From contig JACKLR010000002.1 of assembly GCA_024235795.1 (NCBI GenBank), positions 887,225 to 951,224 on the forward strand: DNA of 64,000 nt. Reading direction: 5' to 3'. Source of the DNA: Burkholderiales bacterium. Lineage in GTDB: Bacteria; Pseudomonadota; Gammaproteobacteria; Burkholderiales; Nitrosomonadaceae. The translations under genes were made by a program, and so were the position numbers. Below the pieces are notes generated by a model. That model searched no databases. It was not told the DNA's origin and saw nothing but the letters and a program-made list of their open reading frames with translations. Positions 40,998-50,697 of this stretch are shown piece after piece; the first letter of the stretch is position 1, and the number at the start of each line of letters is the position of its first letter.

Positions 40998-41942
40998 ATG
41001 TACCGAATACGATTTCATGGTCGTGGCGGTCAAGGAATGAAGACTGCAGGCCGCATACTCGGCACTGCTTTCTTTAATGAAGGCTACGAGGTACAGGACG
41101 CTCCCCGGTATGGGGCAGAACGGCGTGGTGCCCCGATTTTCTCTTATGTACGCGCGGATAAAAAACCAATTGATGAACGCGGTATCATAACAAATCCTGA
41201 TTTGATCATTGTCGCTGATGACAGCCTGGTCAATATCCCTGCCGCCGGTGTGATGCAAGGCTTGAATGAGCATGCCGTGCTGTTAATCAACAGCCGTGAA
41301 ACTGCTGAAACATGGCAAAATCGATTAGGCACCAAAATCAATATTATAGTATTGCCGGTTAATAGTTCAGTACCAAACCCCGCTGAAATGCCATTTATCG
41401 GTGCCGCATGTGTCGGCGCTGCTGCGCGTTTGCTCGGTGTCGTGGGTCAATCTGCACTGGTCGATGCGATTCACGAAGAACTCCAAGACCAGGGACCCGA
41501 TATCATAAAAGCCAATTGTGACAGAGCGCTTGAAGCATTTGAATACATGGCTTTATACGAAAATTGTGTGCAACAGAGACAGGCGGCCTCGGCACTTGAT
41601 TATCAGCAGCCCGAATGGATTCGGCCCGTATTTGAAAAAGCGCGGATTGCCGCGCCAACCATTCATGCAGGATTGACAAGTGTCCAGGTAAAAACAGGAT
41701 TATGGCGTACACTTTGTCCAATAATCGAATATGATCGTTGTAATCGTTGCTGGTGGATATGCAGCAGTGCATGCCCACATAATGCAATCAATGTTGATGG
41801 TAGTACACCGGTGATCGATTATGACCATTGTGTGGGTTGCATGGTTTGTGTCGCACAATGTCCACCCCACGCAATTAGTGCAATACCTGAAGCCGAAGCA
41901 GATAGCGAAATTAAGAAATCCATGCAACAACTGGCGCATTAA
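40998..41942 (+). CDS. 2-oxoacid:ferredoxin oxidoreductase gamma-delta fusion subunit
   Basis: HGRGGQG, YGAERRGAP and two C-terminal [4Fe-4S] motifs (CNRCWWICSSACP, CVGCMVCVAQCP). Confidence 0.9.
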   Translation: MYRIRFHGRGGQGMKTAGRILGTAFFNEGYEVQDAPRYGAERRGAPIFSYVRADKKPIDERGIITNPDLIIVADDSLVNIPAAGVMQGLNEHAVLLINSRETAETWQNRLGTKINIIVLPVNSSVPNPAEMPFIGAACVGAAARLLGVVGQSALVDAIHEELQDQGPDIIKANCDRALEAFEYMALYENCVQQRQAASALDYQQPEWIRPVFEKARIAAPTIHAGLTSVQVKTGLWRTLCPIIEYDRCNRCWWICSSACPHNAINVDGSTPVIDYDHCVGCMVCVAQCPPHAISAIPEAEADSEIKKSMQQLAH

Positions 41943-41956
41943 ACGGCAGGAAACCT

Positions 41957-43231
41957 ATGATGCTGGCACGCAGATTATTAACTGGTAATGGCGCTGCAGC
42001 CTGGGCGGCGCGGTTGGCGCAAGTGGACTATATTCCGGCATTTCCGATAACACCGCAAACTGAAATTATCGAAACCTTGTCCCGCTGGATTGATAATGGC
42101 GAGATACCCGGCAAACTGGTAACCCTGGAATCTGAACATTCGATGATTACTGCAGCCGGTGCAGCTGCCGCAACCGGTGTGCGCGTATTTACTGCAACTT
42201 CAAGCCAGGGGCTGCTGTATGGCATGGAAATGCTTTACACTGTTGCCGGCTGGCGCGTTCCGTTTGTCTTGATCAATGTTTCACGTGCGTTGGCTTCTCC
42301 CGTTACGCTGGAACCGGATCACAATGATGTGCTGGCCGCCCGGGACAGTGGCTTTTTACAGATCCATTGTGCGACCTGCCAGGAAGTTCTGGATATCACT
42401 TTAATGGCCTATAGACTCAGCGAAGATGCACGTGTACGGTTGCCGGCAATTGTCAACGAAGATGGTTTTTACTTGTCATTTACCCGGGAACCGGTTTACA
42501 TCCCCGATGCCGATGAAGTCAAAGATTTCATCGGCGAATTCGATTCTGAAAATATGCAATTTCGCGCGAGTGCGCCGACCAGCCAGGCCGTTGCCGTTCT
42601 TGGTGGCAGTCCGTATTCGTATTTTCGTTATGAATCGCATCTTGCCGCAGAAAATGCACGCATTGTGTTTGATGAAATTTGTGATGAATTTGAACAGCGT
42701 TTTGGTCGGAAATATGGTGCACTGGAATCGTATCATGTTGATGATGCGGATTATGTGATCTTTATGGTGGGTTGTTTTGCCACCAAAGCCAAAGCTGCAG
42801 TCGATAGTTTGCGCAAAGCAGGGTGGAAAATTGGGCTGTTGCGCCCCAGATTGTTGCGCCCCTTTCCTGGCGAGAAAATCAGCCAATTACTGGCCGGAAA
42901 AAAAGGGGTCGCAGTGATCGACCAGAATCTTTCAATGGGCAAGGGTGGAATTCTGCACTGCGAACTTGCATCGGTATTGTACGGTAATAAAGATGCGCCG
43001 CCGGTATTAATGAGTTTTATTGGTGGACTGGGTGGACGTGATATATCCCAGGAAGAATTTTTTGAAATTGCCAAGCAACTCAAACAGGCCAGTGAAACGA
43101 ACGAAATTCCTGCGCCGCGTCTGCTGTATACCGTGGACGAGCTTCGCCAGATTCACAAATTACAAGCTATCGCACATGTTGAGAGAGCTATTTTAAACAG
43201 AGATCATCAAAATCCTGATAGTCATGAATGA
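41957..43231 (+). CDS. 2-oxoacid:ferredoxin oxidoreductase alpha subunit
   Basis: AFPITPQTEI, ESEHS, TATSSQGL, GGLGGRD. Confidence 0.92.
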   Translation: MMLARRLLTGNGAAAWAARLAQVDYIPAFPITPQTEIIETLSRWIDNGEIPGKLVTLESEHSMITAAGAAAATGVRVFTATSSQGLLYGMEMLYTVAGWRVPFVLINVSRALASPVTLEPDHNDVLAARDSGFLQIHCATCQEVLDITLMAYRLSEDARVRLPAIVNEDGFYLSFTREPVYIPDADEVKDFIGEFDSENMQFRASAPTSQAVAVLGGSPYSYFRYESHLAAENARIVFDEICDEFEQRFGRKYGALESYHVDDADYVIFMVGCFATKAKAAVDSLRKAGWKIGLLRPRLLRPFPGEKISQLLAGKKGVAVIDQNLSMGKGGILHCELASVLYGNKDAPPVLMSFIGGLGGRDISQEEFFEIAKQLKQASETNEIPAPRLLYTVDELRQIHKLQAIAHVERAILNRDHQNPDSHE

Positions 43232-44138
43232 TACCCATTTCAAACGCATGAAAGACCTGCCGTCCACGCATTTGCTGGGCACAGGCACACCCATGTGTGC
43301 GGGTTGCGGCGGGTTGCAGGCAATCAATGATATTTACGATATTCTCGGCGAGAAAACAGTATTTATTAACGCTGCCGGTTGCATGACGTTACTGTCTGTT
43401 TATCCGTTTACACCGTTTCGTGGTTCCTGGCTTTATACTGCAATGGCTTCAGCACCGGCAGGCGCACAAGGCGTGCGTGATGCCCTGGATATTCTGCTGG
43501 AGAAGAAAAAAATTGGTCAGGAAGAAAATCTGACTGCAGTTGTATTGACAGGCGACGGATCGGCCTACGGCATGGGGCTATCGGCAACATCGGCTGCAAT
43601 TGATCGTAACCTGGATTTCATCTATATCTGTTATGACAATGAAGGTTATGGCAATACCGGTCAGCAATATTCCAGCGCCACGCCGCATGGCGCCAGAACC
43701 AGTACCAGCTCGGGTTCAATGGGGTATCCGGGTTTCAAAAAAGACCTGTTTTCTATCTGGGCGGCGCACAAACCCACGTATGTCGCTACGGTTATCGGCG
43801 CAGAACCTTTGGATTTGGCGCGTAAAATTGAAAAAGCGGCGCAATTGAAAGGGCCGCGTTTTATTATTACGTTGTCCCCATGCCCGACAGGCTGGGGATT
43901 CGACCCACAAGAAACCATGCAGATCGGTAAACTTGCGGTTAAATCCGGTGTCTGGCCACTTAAAGAATATATCGATGGAAAGATTATCCATACTAAAGTG
44001 CCAAAAATACGGATGTCCGTGGAAGATTATCTGGCAACGCAATTTCGTTTTGCGCACTTGTTCAAACCAGAACGAAATACCCGATTAATTGATGAGATAC
44101 AAGGCCGGGTCGACGAATACTGGGATCATGTATCCTGA
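43224..44138 (+). CDS. 2-oxoacid:ferredoxin oxidoreductase beta (TPP-binding) subunit
   Basis: CAGCG, GDGSA, DNEGYGNTGQQ, SPCPTGW. Confidence 0.92.
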   Translation: MNDTHFKRMKDLPSTHLLGTGTPMCAGCGGLQAINDIYDILGEKTVFINAAGCMTLLSVYPFTPFRGSWLYTAMASAPAGAQGVRDALDILLEKKKIGQEENLTAVVLTGDGSAYGMGLSATSAAIDRNLDFIYICYDNEGYGNTGQQYSSATPHGARTSTSSGSMGYPGFKKDLFSIWAAHKPTYVATVIGAEPLDLARKIEKAAQLKGPRFIITLSPCPTGWGFDPQETMQIGKLAVKSGVWPLKEYIDGKIIHTKVPKIRMSVEDYLATQFRFAHLFKPERNTRLIDEIQGRVDEYWDHVS

Positions 44139-44163
44139 CCAAATTTATCAATAAGGGTAGGCA

Positions 44164-45870
44164 ATGACCTATACCCAAAAAAGCTATTATCATCGCGGCG
44201 GCACGGAACCGTTACTCGGATCAACAATTCCGGAGCATCTGGCGGTTATTGCGAACAAATATCCACAGGCATTGGCGGTTGTATCGCGTGAACAACAGCG
44301 ACGACTCACTTATGAACAATTTACCGCAGAAATTGAATCTGTAGCCTGTGCACTTTTTGCTTTGGGATATCGAAAAGGGGATCGTGTTGGAATCTGGGCC
44401 ACCAATAATCTGGAATGGGTTTTGCTGCAAATGGCCACAGCACGAATCGGAGTGATACTGGTCAATATCAATCCTGCCTATCGTTCCAGAGAGCTGGCGT
44501 ATGCCTTGAAGCAATCCGAAGTAGAGGGCTTGTTTCTCATTCCACAGTTTCGCAGCAGTAATTATATTGAAATGCTGGTAACACTGATGCCTGAACTCAA
44601 ACACGCTCAATCCCGTAATCCCGCGATCAATGATTTTCCTGCATTACGCCATATTGTCGTTTATGATCCACAGCATCCGATGCAGACGCTGTGTGACTAT
44701 CCGGGGGTCATGTCATGGCAGCAATTCATGGCCGGTGCAACCGATGTTTCCTTCGAAACCATCGAAAAGGCTACTGCCTCTCTCGATCGTGATGATCCGA
44801 TTAATATTCAGTACACATCCGGAACAACGGGATTTCCTAAAGCGGTTGTGCTTACCCATCACAATATTCTCAATAATGCCTATTTTTCCGCCAAAGCGAT
44901 GCATTTTGGCGAGCATGACAAGCTGTGCATTCCCGTGCCTTTTTATCACTGCTTTGGCATGGTGTTATCCAACCTGCTTTGTTTTTCTGTCGGCGCCTGC
45001 GCTGTAATTCCTTGCGAGCATTTTGATGCGGAGCAGGTGTTAACCGCAATCGTAGAAGAACAATGCACCGCGCTTCACGGTGTACCCACAATGTTTATCG
45101 CACAACTCGAGCATCCGCGCTTTCATGCATTTGATTTAAGCAGCTTGCGAACGGGTATTATGGCTGGTGCGCCTTGTCCTCCGGCATTAATGACCCGGGT
45201 CATGGAAGACATGCATTGTAATGAAATATTGATTGGATACGGTGAAACAGAGGCATCGCCGCTGACACATCTGACGAACTGTGAGGATAACCTGGCGCGG
45301 CGAACCGAAACCGTGGGCAAAAACCTGCCGCATCAGGAGGTGAAAATCATTAATGTCGAAACCAGTGAAACTGTCCTGCTCGGTGAAATTGGAGAAATCT
45401 GTTTTCGTGGCTACCATATTATGCGCGGCTACTACAATCAACCCGAAAAAACGGCAGAGGCCATCGATGAAGCCGGATGGCTGCATTCGGGCGATCTTGG
45501 CGCCATGGATGAATATGGCTATGTACGCATTACCGGACGCCTTAAGGATATGATTATACGGGGTGGGGAAAATATTTATCCGCGTGAGATTGAAGATTTT
45601 TTATTCACGCACCCAAAAATTGCGGAAGTCGCCGTTTTTGGCATTCCGAGTGAATTTTTTGGCGAGGAAGTCATGGCCTGGATACAATTACACGAAGGTG
45701 AAACGCTCAGCGAACAGGAAGTTCGGGATTACTGTAAAGACAATATTGCGCATTTTAAAATTCCCAAATATATTCACTTCGTCAAGGAATTCCCCATGAC
45801 CGTGACCGGCAAGTTGCAAAAATTCAAAATGCGCGAAATGGCATTACAGGAAATGAACGTGGATTCTTAA
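44164..45870 (+). CDS. AMP-forming acyl-CoA synthetase (ACSF2/YngI-like)
   Basis: YTSGTTGFPK, GYGETE, HSGDLG, RLKDMIIRGGENIYP, TGKLQK. Confidence 0.9.
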   Translation: MTYTQKSYYHRGGTEPLLGSTIPEHLAVIANKYPQALAVVSREQQRRLTYEQFTAEIESVACALFALGYRKGDRVGIWATNNLEWVLLQMATARIGVILVNINPAYRSRELAYALKQSEVEGLFLIPQFRSSNYIEMLVTLMPELKHAQSRNPAINDFPALRHIVVYDPQHPMQTLCDYPGVMSWQQFMAGATDVSFETIEKATASLDRDDPINIQYTSGTTGFPKAVVLTHHNILNNAYFSAKAMHFGEHDKLCIPVPFYHCFGMVLSNLLCFSVGACAVIPCEHFDAEQVLTAIVEEQCTALHGVPTMFIAQLEHPRFHAFDLSSLRTGIMAGAPCPPALMTRVMEDMHCNEILIGYGETEASPLTHLTNCEDNLARRTETVGKNLPHQEVKIINVETSETVLLGEIGEICFRGYHIMRGYYNQPEKTAEAIDEAGWLHSGDLGAMDEYGYVRITGRLKDMIIRGGENIYPREIEDFLFTHPKIAEVAVFGIPSEFFGEEVMAWIQLHEGETLSEQEVRDYCKDNIAHFKIPKYIHFVKEFPMTVTGKLQKFKMREMALQEMNVDS

Positions 45871-45882
45871 CGGTTAACAAAC

Positions 45883-46104
45883 TTATAAGCTGATATCAAA
45901 ATATTCAATATCGGTTTTCAGCTGTTGCGCCAGCGCTTCGAGTTGCGCAGCAGTATTCTCCCGGTCTTTGGCGATGGTGTTTTTCACCAGGATACTGAGT
46001 TTATCGAAGTCGGAAGCGGACAAACAATTTAGTGCTTCCGGTGTCAGTTCCTGTTTGAAACGATCCACTACGCTGTCTGCAATTTTATGAATATCGTTGC
46101 TCAT
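45883..46104 (-). CDS. Small hypothetical protein
   Basis: 73-aa helical ORF with an AAGGTG RBS, filling the gap between convergent genes. Confidence 0.65.
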   Translation of the reverse strand: MSNDIHKIADSVVDRFKQELTPEALNCLSASDFDKLSILVKNTIAKDRENTAAQLEALAQQLKTDIEYFDISL

Positions 46105-46222
46105 ATGTTCACCTTCTGTGTTAATCGGAAATTTACTGCTTGACGAGAATTATATACGTTTATGCATGGATATTCCCAGGCGTGCGCAGGTATTGTCATA
46201 CGCTTCGAGGTTGAAGAAATAC

Positions 46223-47038
46223 TCATAATTTCATCTTGCGCCGGACTGCCCAGTCAAAAAGTCTGCCACCCAGAAACCAGCGTGAAATAACCGCCGTTTT
46301 GGAATCGCCAGGCAAAGCATGACGTATGGGCGGATAAGCGGAATTAGCGGCTTTTAGAATGGCCCGGGCGATGATTTCCGGTCCAGGCGCTTTGGGCTCG
46401 TGAGCAAGAAGACGGGGAAGGGCATCGAGTAATTTTTGGTACGCAGGTGGATGGTTGACCGTCTTGAGCAGTTCAAACTCTTTTGCTGTAAATTCAGTTT
46501 TGATTAAACCAGGTGCGATGACAACAACATGAATACCCTGTTGCATGACTTCACTGCGCACCGTTTCAGACAATGCTTCCACGGCATGCTTGGACGCAGT
46601 ATACCAGCCAAAGCCAGGGATGGAAATTTTGCCCAGAATCGATGCGATATTGACAATACATCCGGATTTCTGTTCACGCATATGCGGCAGTACCGCCTGC
46701 ATGAATCGCGCATACCCGAAAACATTGACTTCGAATTGCGCATGCGCAGCTTCCATTGAAACGCATTCTACGGCGCCAAGTTGACCATAACCGGCATTGT
46801 TGACAAGCAAGTCGATGCGACCTTTTGTTATCATGACATGATTGACTGTTTCTTTAATGGCCTCTGCATCAGTGACGTCAAGCCGAATGGGTTCAATATT
46901 TTCGGAACGTATTTGCTCAAGTCTGTCCATGCGCCGCGCCATGGCAAAGACATAGTAATTATTTTTAGCCAGTAACTCGGCAGTTGCTCTACCGATGCCA
47001 CTGGATGCGCCAGTCACCAGTGCAATTTGTTGTGTCAT
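46223..47038 (-). CDS. SDR family oxidoreductase
   Basis: TGASSGIG, NNAG, YTASK (YxxxK), PG.IKT. Confidence 0.93.
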   Translation of the reverse strand: MTQQIALVTGASSGIGRATAELLAKNNYYVFAMARRMDRLEQIRSENIEPIRLDVTDAEAIKETVNHVMITKGRIDLLVNNAGYGQLGAVECVSMEAAHAQFEVNVFGYARFMQAVLPHMREQKSGCIVNIASILGKISIPGFGWYTASKHAVEALSETVRSEVMQQGIHVVVIAPGLIKTEFTAKEFELLKTVNHPPAYQKLLDALPRLLAHEPKAPGPEIIARAILKAANSAYPPIRHALPGDSKTAVISRWFLGGRLFDWAVRRKMKL

Positions 47039-47179
47039 ATTGACTCTCTTATCATATGCCTACTGTCAGGATTTTGCGTATTTAAAAAAACGGTTGGCAA
47101 CCGGTATGGGTAGTCCTCATTTCATTGAACAATTTTTGATTAGTTTTTCAATTGTAGTTTTGAAGGTAACATTGATGCC

Positions 47180-49009
47180 ATGACTATACAAGCTTGGTTC
47201 ACAAACGAATTGTCGGAAATTATCTGGGACCGTAAATATCGTTACCGCGATGGCGAGATTATTTACGATCAAACGATAGACGATAGCTGGATGCGGATTG
47301 CATCGGCACTGGCGAGTGTAGAGGCGCGTAACCAGCAACACTGGAGACAGAAATTTTATGCGGTATTGAAAGATTTTCATTTTATTCCGGGTGGGCGCAT
47401 TTTAGCTGGGGCGGGAACAACACATCAAGTCACGTTAATTAATTGCTTTGTCATGGGATTGATCGAAGATTCGCTAGAGAGCATTTTCGAGAATCTCAAG
47501 GAAGGCGCGCTTACCATGCAACAGGGCGGCGGCATTGGATATGATTTTTCCACACTCAGACCCAATGGTTTTCCCGCCAGAACTGCTGGCACGGTAGCAT
47601 CTGGCCCCGTTTCATTCATGCGCATATGGGACAGCATGTGCGCTACGCTGCTATCAACCGGTGCACGGCGCGGGGCGATGATGGCAACACTTCGCTGCGA
47701 TCACCCCGATATCGTGGCTTTTATCAAGGCCAAACAGGACGAAAGAGAACTGCGTCATTTTAATCTTTCGGTGTTAATCAGCGATAGTTTTATCGATGCT
47801 GTCAACCGTGATGATGATTGGCTGCTCGTATTCCCTGATGAATCACCTGCGGTCAATACGAATTCTAGACGGGTACTGCGAATCTGGTCAGGCTCCGATG
47901 TCCCGGTACCCTGTAATGTAATAAAAAAAATTTCTGCCAGAAAGTTATGGCACGATATCATTCGCGCCAATTATGACTATGCAGAACCCGGTGTATTGTT
48001 TATTGACCGCATTAACCGCCTGAATAACCTGTCATACTGCGAATTGATCAGTGCGACAAATCCCTGTGGCGAGATCCCATTGCCACCCTATGGCGCGTGT
48101 AATCTCGGCTCGATCAATCTGACGCAATTTGTTCAGAACCCCTTTGCGGAAAATGCAAAACTGAATTTTAAAGGAATTCAGGAGACTGTTCACATTGCTG
48201 TACGCATGCTGGATAATGTGATCGATTTATCCCATTTCCCGTTAAAGAAACAGGCAGAACAGGCATACGGCAGCAGGCGTATAGGTCTGGGACTTACCGG
48301 ATTGGCTGATGCGCTGATGATGTTGGGTATACCCTATGGTGGCCAAGCATCATATGAATTGGCCGCATCCATTATGAAGTGCATCACCTATACAGCCTAC
48401 CACTCATCGATTCAACTGGCGTCAGAAAAAAACAGTTTTCCGTTATTGGATAAACACAAATATTTGGCGGCCGAATTTATACAAAAATTACCGGATAAGA
48501 TAAGATTCCTAATTAAAGTACATGGTATACGTAACAGCCACCTTACGGCTATTGCACCCGCGGGAACGATCAGTCTTTTAGCCAACAATGTATCCAGCGG
48601 CATTGAGCCAGTTTTCGATTATCAGTATTCGCGAAAGGTATTAGGGCAGAGTGGCCAGTATCAGCAATACCGGGTGTCCGATTATGCTTACCAGCTCTGG
48701 AAACAGTTAAATCCAAATGAAAAGAAACTCCCACCTGCGTTTGTTCATGCACGGGAACTCGCCCCGGAAATACATCTGGATATGCAGGCTGCTATACAAT
48801 CTTTTATCGACAATGCGATATCCAAAACGATCAATGTACCCGAGAACTGCCATTTCACAGATTTTGAAAAGATCTATCAATTTGCCTATGAAAAAGGATT
48901 GAAAGGCTGCACGACCTTCAGGCCGAACCCTGTTACCGGAAATGTAATGCAACCGGATCAACACAACATAGTGGCCGGTTTATGCTGTAACCTTGATCTG
49001 AAAGTTTGA
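47180..49009 (+). CDS. nrdJ: Class II (adenosylcobalamin-dependent) ribonucleotide reductase
   Basis: PGGRILAGAG, NC, QQGGGIG, RRGAMM, TNPCGE, CNLGSIN, RRIGLG, IAPAGTIS; C-terminal CC pair; no adjacent beta-subunit gene. Confidence 0.9.
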   Translation: MTIQAWFTNELSEIIWDRKYRYRDGEIIYDQTIDDSWMRIASALASVEARNQQHWRQKFYAVLKDFHFIPGGRILAGAGTTHQVTLINCFVMGLIEDSLESIFENLKEGALTMQQGGGIGYDFSTLRPNGFPARTAGTVASGPVSFMRIWDSMCATLLSTGARRGAMMATLRCDHPDIVAFIKAKQDERELRHFNLSVLISDSFIDAVNRDDDWLLVFPDESPAVNTNSRRVLRIWSGSDVPVPCNVIKKISARKLWHDIIRANYDYAEPGVLFIDRINRLNNLSYCELISATNPCGEIPLPPYGACNLGSINLTQFVQNPFAENAKLNFKGIQETVHIAVRMLDNVIDLSHFPLKKQAEQAYGSRRIGLGLTGLADALMMLGIPYGGQASYELAASIMKCITYTAYHSSIQLASEKNSFPLLDKHKYLAAEFIQKLPDKIRFLIKVHGIRNSHLTAIAPAGTISLLANNVSSGIEPVFDYQYSRKVLGQSGQYQQYRVSDYAYQLWKQLNPNEKKLPPAFVHARELAPEIHLDMQAAIQSFIDNAISKTINVPENCHFTDFEKIYQFAYEKGLKGCTTFRPNPVTGNVMQPDQHNIVAGLCCNLDLKV

Positions 49010-49129
49010 AAATCAATTAAAACTGATATTAATCGAAATTAAATCGTGTTTATCGATATCAGGAAATATTTTCGGGCAATTTCCTGTCATCGAATTTTTT
49101 TAATCTTAATCTGACAAACAGATTTATTA

Positions 49130-50653
49130 ATGCAACATTTCAAATCCAATTTTGTACGAATTATTCGTGAATGGCGTGAAGGAATATTGCCGCCTGTTTT
49201 TTTTACTGCGGCAGCCATTAATATTACACTCATTGTATTCGCAGGTATCTGGAGCGAAACGGCAGGACAACTGTTTGACGCGCTTTTACATGGAATTACT
49301 GAGCACTTCGACTGGTACTACATTACAGCAACTTCCTTAATGGTTGTCTGTGTATGTTGGTTGCTGTTCAGCCGGCATGGCAATCTGAAGTTAGGTGCGC
49401 AGAATGATAAACCGCAATACAGTTTTCTGGCCTGGCTGGCGATGCTATTTGCAGCCGGTATGGGCATGGGGCTGGTTTTCTGGGGTGTGGCTGAACCGTT
49501 ACATCATTATCATATGCCGCCAACGGCTGAGCCGCAAAGCCCGGATGCCGTTGCAGAAGCGATGCGGTTTAGTTATTTTCACTGGGGACTGCATCCCTGG
49601 GCGATTTATGTCGTTTTTGGCCTCTTGATTGCGTTGAACCACTTTCGCTATGGCATGCCGCTGGCGCCACGAACATTGCTATATCCATTGTTCGGCTCGC
49701 GAATTCACGGCTGGCTGGGTCATGTAACAGATGCTTTCTGTACTGTCGGGACGCTTATCGGGGTAGCAACATCGCTGGGATTGGGCGCGATGCAAATCAA
49801 TGCAGGGCTTAACCGAATCACTGATATCGATTATTCGGCAACGGTTCAAGTATGGATTATCACCGTGATAACAGTCGTTGCCACATATTCCACGGTCAGC
49901 GGCGTTTCTAAAGGTATTCGTTATCTGAGTGTACTGAATTGCGTGCTCATGGGACTGTTTCTGGTTTTCGTATTCAATGCGGGACCTACCGCTTATCAGA
50001 TGGGCACCTTTGTCACGGCTCTATCAGATTATATGCTCCATTTTGTACCGGATAGCTTGTGGCTTGACACGCGCCCGGATACCGACTGGCAAACGCACTG
50101 GACAATATTTTACTGGGGGTGGTGGTTTTCCTGGAGCCCGTTTGTCGGCATATTTATAGCGCGTATATCCAAAGGCCGGACTGTTAGGGAATTCGTCGGA
50201 TGTGTACTTTTGATTCCAACGTTAATTAATTTTGTCTGGTTTGCGGTATTTGGCGGGACCGGACTTTATATCGAAGAACACAACGGCAATATCGCCGATC
50301 CGGTTATAGAAAATGTGGCAATGTCACTGCATATCCTGCTGGAATATCTTCCCTGGACGGCAATGATGCAATGGGCTGGCTTAATTCTGGTTGTAATCTT
50401 TTTTATTACATCTTCGGATTCGGGGTCTTTTGTCGATGACATGGTTACATCCGGCGGCAATCCAAATCCTCCCGTAGCCAATCGTGTTTTCTGGGGTGTT
50501 TCCGAAGGCGCGGCTGCGGCTGTTTTACTGATGGCCGGGGGGCTTCAGGCACTTCAGGCAGCCTCGGTGTCAGCCGGTCTGCCGCAAAGCCTGTTATTGT
50601 TACTCGGATGTGTTGGTCTGGTGAAAATTTTAAGGACAGAATCCGTTAAATGA
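49130..50653 (+). CDS. BCCT family (betaine/choline/carnitine) transporter
   Basis: MLFAAGMGMGLVFWG, HWGLHPW, WWFSWSPFVG..ARISKGRT, FFITSSDSG. Confidence 0.93.
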   Translation: MQHFKSNFVRIIREWREGILPPVFFTAAAINITLIVFAGIWSETAGQLFDALLHGITEHFDWYYITATSLMVVCVCWLLFSRHGNLKLGAQNDKPQYSFLAWLAMLFAAGMGMGLVFWGVAEPLHHYHMPPTAEPQSPDAVAEAMRFSYFHWGLHPWAIYVVFGLLIALNHFRYGMPLAPRTLLYPLFGSRIHGWLGHVTDAFCTVGTLIGVATSLGLGAMQINAGLNRITDIDYSATVQVWIITVITVVATYSTVSGVSKGIRYLSVLNCVLMGLFLVFVFNAGPTAYQMGTFVTALSDYMLHFVPDSLWLDTRPDTDWQTHWTIFYWGWWFSWSPFVGIFIARISKGRTVREFVGCVLLIPTLINFVWFAVFGGTGLYIEEHNGNIADPVIENVAMSLHILLEYLPWTAMMQWAGLILVVIFFITSSDSGSFVDDMVTSGGNPNPPVANRVFWGVSEGAAAAVLLMAGGLQALQAASVSAGLPQSLLLLLGCVGLVKILRTESVK

Positions 50654-50697
50654 CGCAAGGAACAGTTTTATTTTATTTATGGCTTTCTTGCATGCAT

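Noticed and set aside
47130-47155. FNR-like TTGAT...TTCAA upstream of nrdJ
   Set aside because: The half-site spacing is 6 nt rather than 4 nt.
49003-49060. Possible BetI operator upstream of the BCCT gene
   Set aside because: TTTGAAAATCAATTAA only partly matches the palindrome and has the wrong spacing, in AT-rich DNA.
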